Below are positions 9,931 to 20,082 of a stretch of DNA of 58,558 nt, piece after piece (within the stretch, counting starts at the first letter, position 1; every line of letters starts with the position of its first letter). The stretch lies in the IMG/VR virus record IMGVR_UViG_3300010403_000180, positions 1 to 58,558 of that record; one strand, given 5' to 3'. Source of the stretch: a virus (lineage: Duplodnaviria; Caudoviricetes). The notes below the pieces were generated by a model, which saw only the letters and a program-made list of their open reading frames with translations, made no database searches and was not told the DNA's origin. Position numbers and translations under genes: made by a program.

Positions 9931-9949
9931 GAGCTCACAAAGTTAGGTT

Positions 9950-11116
9950 TTAAGGAATTGCGTCTAGCTTCCTCAAAGCTGCTTCTAGCACGCATGTGCC
10001 ACCGATTCGCTCAACAACACGGATACCAACTTGGTCGTGTTCCCAAGCACTGCCCGCTTCGTTAGAAACGGTAACGGTGATGCTCCTTCGGTCGCCCATC
10101 CAATAAGCTTGTTTCAAATCACCGAAATAAATCTCGGCATCAGAAACCCAGTTATTTTCGTAGACGGGGTGTCCAAGGATTGTCGCAGGTCCAGCTTGGC
10201 TGATGGGTTCTTGCCAAATATAACGACCATTGTTATCTTTGACTTTCCTCAACTCCATGATATTCGTATTGTTCATCAAGAATACTGCATTTCTGCGGTA
10301 CTTTTGAGGCAACGAGTACACCAAACGAATGATGTTATCAAAGTCAAGGTTCCCAGAGCAAGTAACAGACGTTAAGCTACAATTTGCGATACCAGTAGGC
10401 TGACCAGAACCAGTACCGATAGTCAAAACTTTGTCTTCCTCTTGCCTTAGGGCTTCGGAGAACAAACCAATGATTAACTGTACAATGTTCCAATCAGATG
10501 CATCTTCCACCAATTCCTCTGATGCATAAAGAATAGCAGCGACTTTGTATGCCGTAAGAGTTTTTTGATTAAACTCGGCAGAGGTCGTGGTTTTCTGCGT
10601 ATTCTCGGCTGTCCAGTAAACTTTTGGTTTGGCAGTTAAGGTAGGAATGTTCATTGATAGCCTTAACATCGGGACAACTCTCACTAAACTTCGCATCGTA
10701 GTTGGGTCTTCCAAATCTGCGATAAGTTCAGCTCTGAACTCGGTTGGGACTAGGTATCCACCATCGGCGGAAACGCCTTCGGCTAATGCTTTCACAACAG
10801 CCTTGTCGTTTTGTACCAATCCCATGAAGAATCCGACAATTTTCTCCTCCTTGGTCAACGCTTTCACGTCTTCCTTAGAGAAGTCCTCTTTTCCAAAAAT
10901 TTTGGTCAACAAGGTAGCTTCTATCTCCTTGCCTTGAACTTTTTCAAGTAAACCTTTTACTTTGTTCAGACCTAATTTTTTCTCCACCTTGGACACGATG
11001 GCATCAACCATCTTGTCAACTTCCTTTTCGTCGGCTCCTTCCTCCCCTTCTGGGGCATCAGAACCTTCTACTTCCTCCTTTTCAATGTCTTCTTCTTTTT
11101 CTAAATCTTTGTTCAT
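9950..11116 (-). CDS. Major capsid protein, HK97 fold
   Basis: DGGYLVP, SEELVED, LRKVKDNNGRYIWQ, TILGHPV, IYFGDL, RVVERIGG. Confidence 0.95.
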   Translation of the reverse strand: MNKDLEKEEDIEKEEVEGSDAPEGEEGADEKEVDKMVDAIVSKVEKKLGLNKVKGLLEKVQGKEIEATLLTKIFGKEDFSKEDVKALTKEEKIVGFFMGLVQNDKAVVKALAEGVSADGGYLVPTEFRAELIADLEDPTTMRSLVRVVPMLRLSMNIPTLTAKPKVYWTAENTQKTTTSAEFNQKTLTAYKVAAILYASEELVEDASDWNIVQLIIGLFSEALRQEEDKVLTIGTGSGQPTGIANCSLTSVTCSGNLDFDNIIRLVYSLPQKYRRNAVFLMNNTNIMELRKVKDNNGRYIWQEPISQAGPATILGHPVYENNWVSDAEIYFGDLKQAYWMGDRRSITVTVSNEAGSAWEHDQVGIRVVERIGGTCVLEAALRKLDAIP

Positions 11117-11137
11117 TGTGGGTTGAAAAACTATAAA

Positions 11138-12088
11138 CTATTCTTGCTCCTTTTCTTGTCGCAAGATTTCGTTTATGTTCTTCGCTATTTTTTGCAGTGC
11201 CCGTACTTTAATTCGGTTCTTCCGTGATTTATGTACCTCCACTGGGCGACCTTTTGCTGATTTATCTTCTCCATCCATTTCAGGAGATGCAGTTTTCTGC
11301 AACTCTTGAAGGACGGAAATCGCATTTGTCATGGAACCTATGGCGTCATCCATCAATGCCAACGTTTTTTTAGAGAGAACTCTACCCTCCTTTGCCATTA
11401 AACCAATCTCCTCCATTGCTAATTCCATAGCGGATATTTCCATTTCTTCAATTTTCTTTTCAGCTTTTTCTTCCACTTTTTCCTCCAATCCTGCTTCGGG
11501 GGTTTTTTCCTCTGCTGGTTTTTGTTCTTCTTTGGGTGCTTCTGGTTTTTCTTCTGCCTTTGGTTCTTCTAGCTTTTCCTCGCCATCAATCTGCTTAGCC
11601 ATCTTCTCAAACCACCCATGTACTTCCTTTTCTTCGGTTGGGTTAAAAGATTTTGCGGCCATCATCAAAGCTTCTTGGTTTGCTGGGACGGGAACCGCAG
11701 AAACCTCTAAGAGTTCAGACTCGGTGATAATGTGAAAATCCTTTTCATCAAATTTCTTGGGGATAAATCCAACTGACCATGACTGCATGATAGCTGGGTC
11801 AGCCATAAACATGGCTTTTATCTCACGGGCAAGCTGGGTGATTTCATGGAAGACTGGTTCAAAGATAAGTTGCTTATCAACTACCTTAATGTTTTTGGCA
11901 TAGCCAATCGGTGGCTCATCATATTTATGAGCAAACAAAAGCACGGGGTTCTTCTTGAAATTTTTCAAGTCCCAGCCATCGGCCTTAACCACGTCCCCCA
12001 TTCTGTCTACTGCCTCGGTTGAACCGATAGCAATCAACTTTCCGTCCACCTTTTTTGACTCAATTAAGAGTTCCCGTTTTGTATTCAT
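11138..12088 (-). CDS. HK97-type prohead protease with acidic C-terminal extension
   Basis: DRMGDVV, NPVLLFAH, SVGF, LLEVSAVPVPANQEA. Confidence 0.93.
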   Translation of the reverse strand: MNTKRELLIESKKVDGKLIAIGSTEAVDRMGDVVKADGWDLKNFKKNPVLLFAHKYDEPPIGYAKNIKVVDKQLIFEPVFHEITQLAREIKAMFMADPAIMQSWSVGFIPKKFDEKDFHIITESELLEVSAVPVPANQEALMMAAKSFNPTEEKEVHGWFEKMAKQIDGEEKLEEPKAEEKPEAPKEEQKPAEEKTPEAGLEEKVEEKAEKKIEEMEISAMELAMEEIGLMAKEGRVLSKKTLALMDDAIGSMTNAISVLQELQKTASPEMDGEDKSAKGRPVEVHKSRKNRIKVRALQKIAKNINEILRQEKEQE

Positions 12089-12167
12089 AAATTTTAATCT
12101 GAAAAAAACCGAAGAAAAGCACGCTGGCTCATCTTCGGTTCTTCCGTAAGATAGATTTAATTATTTT

Positions 12168-12196
12168 ATTGTATGAAACGCTGTGTAGAGTGTCAA
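12168..12196 (-). promoter_or_regulatory. Sigma70-type promoter upstream of prohead protease
   Basis: TTGACA (12196-12191)-17 nt-TACAAT (12173-12168). Confidence 0.75.
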
Positions 12197-12199
12197 GCC

Positions 12200-12976
12200 T
12201 TAGAAAACATTTTCAAAGTAATCATAGCTTAACCCTGCCCTGCCTGTCCAATTTGTTGGGAAGTCGCTACTGCCCTTAATGTAGCGATAAGTGTCTGCTC
12301 CTGCCGATATTGTTTCCTTTAAAATATACCAGTTGCCGTCTTTGTCGGTGAAGCCGTAGTAGTTTGGAGTGCCGTCATCATCCTTGTTGGCAATCTTGTA
12401 TTTATCCAATGGGTTTTGGTTTCCGCCGATGTCTTGCAGAAGCTTACTCTGGTTTTCAAAGTCTCCGCCAGCTCCGTACTGCACATTCATGGCCGCATCA
12501 TAGAAAGCCTTTCCACTTTTATCTACCAGCCTTACGGGGATAGCCTCTTTGGGTGTCTGGTTCCCTATGAATGCCGTGATGGCGGTTTTAAACCTCGCCA
12601 CGAGGCTCTCAATCGCTTTAACAACGAGCGGGGCATCGGACTTGGGGAAGTTGTTGACCTCAATTTCGGTTGGGAAATCCTTTTGGTTTTTTACGAGTAC
12701 CTCCTGCGGTTTTTTGCGGGCGTTCTGGCTGTCTTCTAACATCAGGTCAATGCCGTTTGCCATTTTTTCCAGCACTTCGGTTTGCTCCTGGGTCAGCAAC
12801 TTGCTCTGCTCAAACTGCTTGCTGTTATTTTCCTCGCCAGTAGAAAGCACCGCCTTTAAATCTTTTAGGAAGTTGCCAAGTTGAAGTGAGATTTTATTCT
12901 CGTTGTCTTTTTCGTTTTCTTCCAAGAACTTATCAATCTCCTCCGTGAGTTGTTTCTTTTTATTTTTGTCCGCCAT
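12200..12976 (-). CDS. Hypothetical protein in head module
   Basis: 258-aa ORF overlapping portal end; C-terminal YYGFTDKDGNWYILKE...YRY beta domain. Confidence 0.65.
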   Translation of the reverse strand: MADKNKKKQLTEEIDKFLEENEKDNENKISLQLGNFLKDLKAVLSTGEENNSKQFEQSKLLTQEQTEVLEKMANGIDLMLEDSQNARKKPQEVLVKNQKDFPTEIEVNNFPKSDAPLVVKAIESLVARFKTAITAFIGNQTPKEAIPVRLVDKSGKAFYDAAMNVQYGAGGDFENQSKLLQDIGGNQNPLDKYKIANKDDDGTPNYYGFTDKDGNWYILKETISAGADTYRYIKGSSDFPTNWTGRAGLSYDYFENVF

Positions 12977-15317
12977 CTTCTTTTAATTCCTTAGCAATTT
13001 TTCTTCGCATCTTTTTTATTTTGCCAAGCTCTTGCTCTTTTTCAATAGCAATTTCTTTTTTAGCTTCGGCAACAATTTCGTTTTTGATTGCTTCTTTATC
13101 AATGACTTCAACCTTCATGCTCTTAGCTCCGATAATTGGAACAATAGTGCATCGGCAGTTTACATGCAACGGTGGGTAGGTTACGTTTCCGTAGTCTACG
13201 GTTACGTTTGCAATGGTGTCGCCGTCTTTTAAGAAGTCATTATCCAGTTGCACAATCTTTCCATTCATTTCAACACAAGCCTCGTCGGTGCGTTCGTCCA
13301 AAGCGGTCAGCCATTGCTTGCCAGTTACTACGCCAGACTGCTTGTAGCCCTCGTCAGTGGCAAAGTTAGTTGAGCGTGAGGTCTCGGTGCGGGCAATCTT
13401 GAATGACCGTGTGGTTTCGTAACCATCAAATAAATCATTGATTCTTTTGGCAATCTTTCCAATACCCTCCCCCTCCCCTACCCCAGTGGAGATGGCATCC
13501 CTTATCCCTTCATTGGTGGTTTGGGTTATTTCTGTTGAGAACTTAATAGGGGTTTCGTTCAGGTACTTAATAATGCGGGCAACCGTCATATCAATCGGCT
13601 CGTTAATACCAACCAGCTCCAAAGCCAGCTTGCCTTCCTCTTTAATGATTCCTCGGATAAGAGGCTTCAAAGAAATAGCAAACGTGGTGGCTTCGTCTTC
13701 CACATCAAATAGGAAATCATTGGGGTTAATGGCTTTGCCTTCCAGCTTCCTTAATACGGCCATGCGTTGAATGTGGAATAGTTTCTTTAAGATTTTAGCA
13801 AAGCGGATTTCAAACTTGCCAGACAGATTTGTCTGTCGTACCCAGAATTGTTCTTCCTTTGTCAGTGGTTTCTCTGCTTCTTTTTTGGTTTTCTTCTTGC
13901 CGTTCTTTTTAACAAGGAAGTCTTTTACAATCTTGCGAATCTCATCATGGATGACCATGTTTTTCTTTTTATCTCGGTTGCCGATTCTTCTCAAAAGCAT
14001 TTTGCCTGTGTTGTTTGCGGGCGGAACTACTGGTTCGTTTACCGTTCCAATCGGACTATAATTGAAAGGCTTTAAAATCTCATCACCACCGTCAATATTA
14101 TCCAAACCTTCTTCCTGTCGCACTTCGTTGGTTGTCATCCATCCTTGGGTTAAGGCAGAATTGTATCGTGAGAGTTTTGCTTCAACATTTTCTGGCACTG
14201 GGTCTTCAAAATCAAGCCAGAGATTATCTCCAAACAAAGGTACTAAGAACTCATTGAGCTGTTCAATGATTCTTTCCATCTTAGGTTTAATGGTTCGCTT
14301 TGCAAAAACGTAATCGGCAGTTTCGGCGTTAGCTCTATTAACATCGTCAGTGATAGCCACGATAGTTTTAGGCACACGGAAAATAGAAAGGATTTTATCC
14401 CTCGTGAATTTCTGTTGCTCTAAGAAATCCATATCCTTGGCCGTCATTTGCAAGCGTTCTACGCCAACACCTTTCTGTAACACAGTGGTCTTGTGAGCAT
14501 TCTCGGTGCCTCGGTATTTTTTATCCCAGCGTTCGGTAATTCTTTTAATCTCGTCTTTCTCCAAAGTCTTATCGGTCTTTAAAACAAAATCTGGGGTGGC
14601 AGAGTTTCGGAAAAAGTTTTCATTATAGCGTTCAGCATTCTCATCAATAGCGATAGTGGTTCTTAAAGCTTCCAAGGTTCCACGTCCACGCATGGGCTTG
14701 GCTGGGTTTGGGTACTTAATTAAAATCACGTCCTCGGCATCAAGTTTGCTTTCACTGCCGTCGTCTTTCTTGTATTTGTAGCCATTCAAAAGCCCCTTAG
14801 CATCAAACAAAGGGGTCAAACGGTCGGGTCTCAATAAATAAACTGCGGTGGGGGCTCCTCCATTTCCGCCCGTCCTATCAAGAAGCCAAGGGGCTTCTCC
14901 TGCCAGCTCTAAATATTGCTGGGTCAAATGAATATGGTCAAATTTCGTAGTAAAAGGATTAACCCTATAAAGTAAATCAAGAAGCTCGTGTTCATAAAGC
15001 TCCTTCATGTCTCCGTTTGGTTTTATAGAATAGAGTTTGAATTCTATTGAAGCAACGTCATCAGCAATGGCGGTAACACAAGCGTATACCCAGCTTTTTG
15101 CAGCCTTCAAGTAATCGTCAGGTTTTGCAACCTTCACTGATTCGTAGGTTCCATTGTAATCTTCTGGGATAGCGTCCCAAGAAATTCCACGTTCCCGTTT
15201 ACCGCCTTTTTCGGAAACTTCTTCAACCTCCTGCTCCTGCCTAGGTGAGCCGAGCTCTCTGAAAAATTTCACTGGATGTAAGATAGGATTCTCCATAAAA
15301 AATAAACCGAATAACAA
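12960..15317 (-). CDS. HK97-type portal fused to Mu gpF-like minor head domain (start probably ATG at 15296)
   Basis: WVYACVTAIA, DMDFLE, IFRVP, GWMTTNEVR; C-terminal IARTETSR, KQWLT..DERT, PPLHVNCRC. Confidence 0.92.
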   Translation of the reverse strand: MLFGLFFMENPILHPVKFFRELGSPRQEQEVEEVSEKGGKRERGISWDAIPEDYNGTYESVKVAKPDDYLKAAKSWVYACVTAIADDVASIEFKLYSIKPNGDMKELYEHELLDLLYRVNPFTTKFDHIHLTQQYLELAGEAPWLLDRTGGNGGAPTAVYLLRPDRLTPLFDAKGLLNGYKYKKDDGSESKLDAEDVILIKYPNPAKPMRGRGTLEALRTTIAIDENAERYNENFFRNSATPDFVLKTDKTLEKDEIKRITERWDKKYRGTENAHKTTVLQKGVGVERLQMTAKDMDFLEQQKFTRDKILSIFRVPKTIVAITDDVNRANAETADYVFAKRTIKPKMERIIEQLNEFLVPLFGDNLWLDFEDPVPENVEAKLSRYNSALTQGWMTTNEVRQEEGLDNIDGGDEILKPFNYSPIGTVNEPVVPPANNTGKMLLRRIGNRDKKKNMVIHDEIRKIVKDFLVKKNGKKKTKKEAEKPLTKEEQFWVRQTNLSGKFEIRFAKILKKLFHIQRMAVLRKLEGKAINPNDFLFDVEDEATTFAISLKPLIRGIIKEEGKLALELVGINEPIDMTVARIIKYLNETPIKFSTEITQTTNEGIRDAISTGVGEGEGIGKIAKRINDLFDGYETTRSFKIARTETSRSTNFATDEGYKQSGVVTGKQWLTALDERTDEACVEMNGKIVQLDNDFLKDGDTIANVTVDYGNVTYPPLHVNCRCTIVPIIGAKSMKVEVIDKEAIKNEIVAEAKKEIAIEKEQELGKIKKMRRKIAKELKEDGGQK

Positions 15318-15361
15318 CTAGATGTTGCCTTCGGTTCTTCCGTAAGGGTTAGTATTGTTTA

Positions 15362-15390
15362 ATGATATGAAATGCATTATAGGGTGTCAA
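15362..15390 (-). promoter_or_regulatory. Sigma70-type promoter upstream of portal
   Basis: TTGACA (15390-15385)-17 nt-TATCAT (15367-15362). Confidence 0.72.
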
Positions 15391-15391
15391 G

Positions 15392-15580
15392 TTAGTCAAG
15401 GCTGATGGATTCTTCAATGGTAATAAATCGGGGTTTGTTTTTCTTCACTTCAATTTCCTTCACGTCTTTTCCCGCAAACTTGAACTTGCCAAAGCCCGTT
15501 GATTCTAATTTATCAACAAGATTGTACATTTCCTTGTCTGCTTTCTTATCAATAATAATTTTGTCAGACTGTTTTTCCAT
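15392..15580 (-). CDS. Hypothetical protein
   Basis: 62-aa ORF overlapping upstream gene. Confidence 0.5.
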   Translation of the reverse strand: MEKQSDKIIIDKKADKEMYNLVDKLESTGFGKFKFAGKDVKEIEVKKNKPRFITIEESISLD

Positions 15581-16517
15581 TTTTAATTTGTGCGATTAAA
15601 TCCTTCAACTCTTGAACGCTTTGCTTGACATCAAATTTCTCTCTGACTTCATTGTATCTTAATTCCCCTTCACTTACACGTTCATCCTCATTTAAGAAAC
15701 GTTCAAGGTCGGCCTTGTTGCGGGCGACTGGCATTCCCAGCGTCCACGCAGTGAGCGTTTTATTCGTTGATTTGTATTTTCCTCTTGGGCGAATATCTGG
15801 CGGAAGTAAAACAATGTCGTGTTCTAAAATCACATCATCAAAGCTCCATTGCGGATTCTCCCACTGATATTTTACGTTACGAATGAAGTTATTATTTTCC
15901 TCATCAACTTTCTTTTGCATCTCCTCAATCTGTTCTGGTGTTTCGTTTCCTTTTAAAATTAGCTTCTCGTATGCGGCCACAGACGAATAGGGCGGACGGC
16001 ATTCAGAAAGCACCGTCAACTGCAATCCCATTTTCTTTAAGCTTCGCAATGTTGGGTCAAGCAGTTTTGCATTTTGTGAGTAGCCAAACCAAATCACTTT
16101 TTTGGCTTTCCCTTGGCCCTTATGGTCTTTCTTTTTGGTGTGGAAAGAAAGGTCTTGGCGGTCAGGAATAAACACCACTGGCTTATCAGTGAACTCTTGC
16201 ATGGCTTTCTGCAAGCCTTCTGATGAAACAGTAATGGCATCGCAATTATCAATCATCTCCTTAACTGAAACGGTGTCCAACCAATCTGGGTCGCACACAT
16301 CCAAAATCTTTACGCCCTTAAATTCTTTGGCATATTCTTTCCAGTAAACCTTTTGAAAAATAATCACCTCGTATTGTGCACCATTGCGGAACTGTTCCGC
16401 TTCTTCCCAATTCTTAATATACCAATGACCTCGTAAACGTGAAGAACCAACGTCCTCTCGGTTGTGCCATTGCTCAAATAATAAGATGCCTACTGGCTTT
16501 TTGTTGTATACAGACAT
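15564..16517 (-). CDS. GT-B-fold glycosyltransferase-like protein
   Basis: GSSRLRG, DVCDPDW, VIWFGYS, KSTNKTLTAWTLGMPV. Confidence 0.7.
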   Translation of the reverse strand: MSVYNKKPVGILLFEQWHNREDVGSSRLRGHWYIKNWEEAEQFRNGAQYEVIIFQKVYWKEYAKEFKGVKILDVCDPDWLDTVSVKEMIDNCDAITVSSEGLQKAMQEFTDKPVVFIPDRQDLSFHTKKKDHKGQGKAKKVIWFGYSQNAKLLDPTLRSLKKMGLQLTVLSECRPPYSSVAAYEKLILKGNETPEQIEEMQKKVDEENNNFIRNVKYQWENPQWSFDDVILEHDIVLLPPDIRPRGKYKSTNKTLTAWTLGMPVARNKADLERFLNEDERVSEGELRYNEVREKFDVKQSVQELKDLIAQIKNGKTV

Positions 16518-16518
16518 G

Positions 16519-17592
16519 TTATTGGATGTTAGTTTTTAATACTTTTTCAACCAGATTCTTCCAGTCGTTTCTGAAACGCTCACCCGAAAATATTTTCAGG
16601 GCGGTTTCCTTACCACGTTGACCAATGGCAATACTTTCTTTGTAGTGCTCCAAAGCGTAGGCAATCTTTTCAGCCGCATCTTCGGGGTTGTCTTTGCAAA
16701 TGTAGCCGTTCACACCGTGTTCAATAAACTTGTCTGCATCCTGGTGGCGGGTCGTAACCAAGCAAGACCCAGAGAACATGGCTTCCGTGCGTGTGCGGGG
16801 CATAGGTGAGGCTAGGGTGGGGTTAAAGTACACTAGGGTTCGGGACATGAAGTCTCGGTACTCGTCAAAAGAATTAAACAAAGCGTCCTGGGCAATCCAA
16901 ATAGTTTCCATTCCGTACTTCTCCTTTAAAATGTCCCTTGTTTCTTGGAACAAATTTCTGCCGTAATATTTATCGCCGATTCCTGCCGCTGAAATAAACG
17001 TGGCAATGCGTGGGTCTTTTTCTTTATCCCACCAGTCTTCTTTATCCATCCCGTGGATAATGACCTCTCCCCCACCCCACTGTTCCTTTGCCTCGTTTGA
17101 GTTCACCACGGTGGCAACAATGTTTGGGTACTCTTTCATTAAGTGAAACATTTTATCCCGTGCCCATTTAAGGGCTGAATCTTCGTTGGCTGGATATCCA
17201 TCTTCAACACACATCTGCATAAACATTTCGGGGTAGACGGGGGTGCCATGGTTGACCACAATTACTGGTATGTCGGTAACTTGGCTCATCAAATCCTTGA
17301 ACAATTTTGTTTTTCCCAACCTTGGGATTAAGCATTGCTGGTCAACGTGTAAAATGGCAAGGTCGTATTTTCCCTTTTCGTAGTAGGGTACCCATTTTAA
17401 GTGTTTGGGAATCGGACGGGTTCGCTTATCAAATTTCCTAACGTGGTTAATGCAATACGTCCAATCAATCCAGTCTATTTTGAGCAACTCGGTTTGATGA
17501 GCTTGGTGCCAAGGGACTGAAAACACTCTTATTTTTTTACCCTTGTCTGGTGTTGGTGATACTGTGCCCGATGGGCTTGAATTTACCGTCAT
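16519..17592 (-). CDS. Glycosyltransferase, GT4-like
   Basis: SPMPRTRTEAMFSGSCLV, IEHGVNGY, IGQRGKETA. Confidence 0.85.
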   Translation of the reverse strand: MTVNSSPSGTVSPTPDKGKKIRVFSVPWHQAHQTELLKIDWIDWTYCINHVRKFDKRTRPIPKHLKWVPYYEKGKYDLAILHVDQQCLIPRLGKTKLFKDLMSQVTDIPVIVVNHGTPVYPEMFMQMCVEDGYPANEDSALKWARDKMFHLMKEYPNIVATVVNSNEAKEQWGGGEVIIHGMDKEDWWDKEKDPRIATFISAAGIGDKYYGRNLFQETRDILKEKYGMETIWIAQDALFNSFDEYRDFMSRTLVYFNPTLASPMPRTRTEAMFSGSCLVTTRHQDADKFIEHGVNGYICKDNPEDAAEKIAYALEHYKESIAIGQRGKETALKIFSGERFRNDWKNLVEKVLKTNIQ

Positions 17593-18005
17593 GTTTTTTT
17601 TGGTTTTAATATTACTACTACATCGGGTCGCTCGTTCTTTGCCACCTCTATAATTTGCCAGCTTTTTTTGTATTGGTACTCTAATGTGTCAAAGGAATGT
17701 TCATTGAAGTAGGCGGTGTGGTCAATCACATAGGCTTTCGGATTTTCCATGTGAGGCACGATAATCGTCAGCTTGCCGTCAGGTTTTAGCACTCGCCAGA
17801 ACTCATTGATAACGTTGATGGGATGGCAAATATGTTCTAGGACATGCTGACAAAGAATTTCGTCTACCGAGTCATCGGCATAGGGCAGAGCGGTCTTCTC
17901 AATATCCATGACATGCTGTTGCCCCCAGTCCTCTGCGTCAATTCCAATGTAGCCCTCTCGGTTTATATCAGCTCCGCATCCCACATTCAGTTTTATTTCG
18001 CTCAT
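17589..18005 (-). CDS. SAM-dependent methyltransferase (type 11)
   Basis: LNVGCG, LPYADDSVD, HVLEH, RVLKPDG. Confidence 0.88.
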   Translation of the reverse strand: MSEIKLNVGCGADINREGYIGIDAEDWGQQHVMDIEKTALPYADDSVDEILCQHVLEHICHPINVINEFWRVLKPDGKLTIIVPHMENPKAYVIDHTAYFNEHSFDTLEYQYKKSWQIIEVAKNERPDVVVILKPKKT

Positions 18006-19588
18006 ATATTTAGCCTATAAATTAAATCTTTCATCTTGATGATATCCTTGGTTCGCTTCTGCCACTTGTGAGCGGTCATAATCTCTTTGCACATCACGTT
18101 AGGTAAAAATACCATCTCAAATCCTTGGGCATCAAAACGTTCACGCAGTTCTTGGGACTGTCCGCCATACTTATCTATGCGTTCGTTGAACATACCAGCC
18201 TTAATTAAATTCTGCCTGCTGATAAAAGAAAAGTTCTCAACGAATGACTTTTTGTTGGCTCCCTTGTTTCCAAACCACCAGAGTTTATCGTAGGGAACTT
18301 TTACTTTCTGGGCTTCCTCAACAAATAAACGAATAGTATCTTTCTCTGGTGCGAAACGGCTATCTAAAAACATCAGGTACTTTCCATCGGATGCAATCAC
18401 GCCTAGGTTTCGTGCCCGTGCAATGTTGTAGCCGTCAGTCATTTTAGTGTTCACATATTTGACTGGGTACCACGCTGTCTGTACCCACTCTTTAACCTTT
18501 TCTTCTAAGCCATCGTCAGAGCCGTCATCGCAACAAACGAATTCAATGTTTTTGTATTCTTGAAAATGCAGTGCCGCCATGATTTCGGCAATCTTATCCT
18601 TTCGGTTTCGCACGGGGGTAATGACAGAGACCAATGGTTGACCAGGAAACATCACTTCGTTGTAGAGCCGTGCATACATGTTCGCCATGCGTTCGGCTGA
18701 ATAAGTTTTCACTACATCAAATCCCGCCTTGATGATTTTAATTCTGCGTTCTGGGTTTTCCATTAAAGATTTCATTTCTTTTTCTAGGTCGTCTACATCA
18801 GAACGTTCACCTCCACGCACTACCATGTTTTCCTCTTTGTAAATGTCTGGCACAATGCCAACCCTGCGAGTAAGCACGGGTACGCCAACCGCCATGGCTT
18901 CTAAAATAGGCATGGGGCCAGATTCAAACCCGTCCTTGGAATTACAAACCAGCATACTCATCTGGGCATAGGCTTGCCGAAGCTGTCCCTCTGAAATATC
19001 CAGTCGCACGTCAATGTTCACGCCTGTTTCCACGATAGACTGATAATATAATGGGTCTGAAATATGCCCGACCAGCAAGAAGGTGTAGCCGAGCTTCTTG
19101 CAAACTTGTGCCACTTCTAAAATGCCCTTTGAGCTCTCAATTCTAAACGCAACCATACCAACCACGTTGCCGTCTATATTGTAATCCTCATTGAAGGTCA
19201 TGGCGTTAAAATCTACGGCGTGCGGTATGAGCCTAGCCGTCGGTAGTTTCTCAACTTGGGTAAAATTCTTTACCACCATAGCGTCAACCAATGCTGGCGG
19301 TATCTTGTCAAGGTCATAGGGATTATGGTGGGTGATTATCTTTTTAAATTTACTGATGACATGGGGCACCATGTTCCAAATCACCTCAAAGGATTTCCAG
19401 TATTCAAAATCAATCAGGTCAGAGCCCTTAATGGCTTCTTGCAGGTCTTGGATATCTTTATTGTTAAAACGCTTCCCGTGAAATGGAAAAATATTGATAT
19501 CTAAATGCGGATTATAGTCTTTAATCATGCCCGCTAGCTTATCAATAGCTGACCCTTTTAGCACGGTTACAATAGTTATTTTTTTCAT
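18002..19588 (-). CDS. Bifunctional glycosyltransferase (GT4 + GT2)
   Basis: ESGPMPILEAMAVGVPV (GT4); VSVITPVRN, DDGSDDG, ARNLG, FLDS (GT2). Confidence 0.9.
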   Translation of the reverse strand: MKKITIVTVLKGSAIDKLAGMIKDYNPHLDINIFPFHGKRFNNKDIQDLQEAIKGSDLIDFEYWKSFEVIWNMVPHVISKFKKIITHHNPYDLDKIPPALVDAMVVKNFTQVEKLPTARLIPHAVDFNAMTFNEDYNIDGNVVGMVAFRIESSKGILEVAQVCKKLGYTFLLVGHISDPLYYQSIVETGVNIDVRLDISEGQLRQAYAQMSMLVCNSKDGFESGPMPILEAMAVGVPVLTRRVGIVPDIYKEENMVVRGGERSDVDDLEKEMKSLMENPERRIKIIKAGFDVVKTYSAERMANMYARLYNEVMFPGQPLVSVITPVRNRKDKIAEIMAALHFQEYKNIEFVCCDDGSDDGLEEKVKEWVQTAWYPVKYVNTKMTDGYNIARARNLGVIASDGKYLMFLDSRFAPEKDTIRLFVEEAQKVKVPYDKLWWFGNKGANKKSFVENFSFISRQNLIKAGMFNERIDKYGGQSQELRERFDAQGFEMVFLPNVMCKEIMTAHKWQKRTKDIIKMKDLIYRLNI

Positions 19589-20082
19589 CCTTGAAAATGT
19601 TTATTTATTTCGTGCTTTCTTAAATTATGATAGCCGTCTATGGCTTTCTGAATTAAACCAGAGCTTGATTGGCTCTTGCCTCCACCAACACCAAACACCA
19701 TCTTCACTCCAAGCTGTTTGCAGATTTCTTTTTCAGGAATGTTTTTGAGCGTGCGGTCTCCACCCTTTGCAAAGATAAATTCCAGTTCGGAGGTTGGATA
19801 AAGAAACCTAAAAGTAGCAACAACCAATTTTATTGTTTCACAAACAGTGGCATCATGGTCAACCGATTCAACAACGTAATTCACGCCCTGTATTTGGCTG
19901 ACAATATGCATCCTTTCTTTGCAATCCATAAAAGGCACCGTACCTTTTACCACAACCTGCTGGTTATTATTTACAATCACCACCTCCCACCAGCCGAGCT
20001 TCTGTGCGTCTCGTAGATACTCAATATGCCCGCTGTGAATTGGGTTGAAATAGCCACTGGTAATTACAATGCTTTTTTTCAT
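19585..20082 (-). CDS. Cytidylyltransferase-like nucleotidyltransferase
   Basis: GYFNPIHSGH (HIGH-type), FAKGGDR. Confidence 0.85.
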   Translation of the reverse strand: MKKSIVITSGYFNPIHSGHIEYLRDAQKLGWWEVVIVNNNQQVVVKGTVPFMDCKERMHIVSQIQGVNYVVESVDHDATVCETIKLVVATFRFLYPTSELEFIFAKGGDRTLKNIPEKEICKQLGVKMVFGVGGGKSQSSSGLIQKAIDGYHNLRKHEINKHFQG

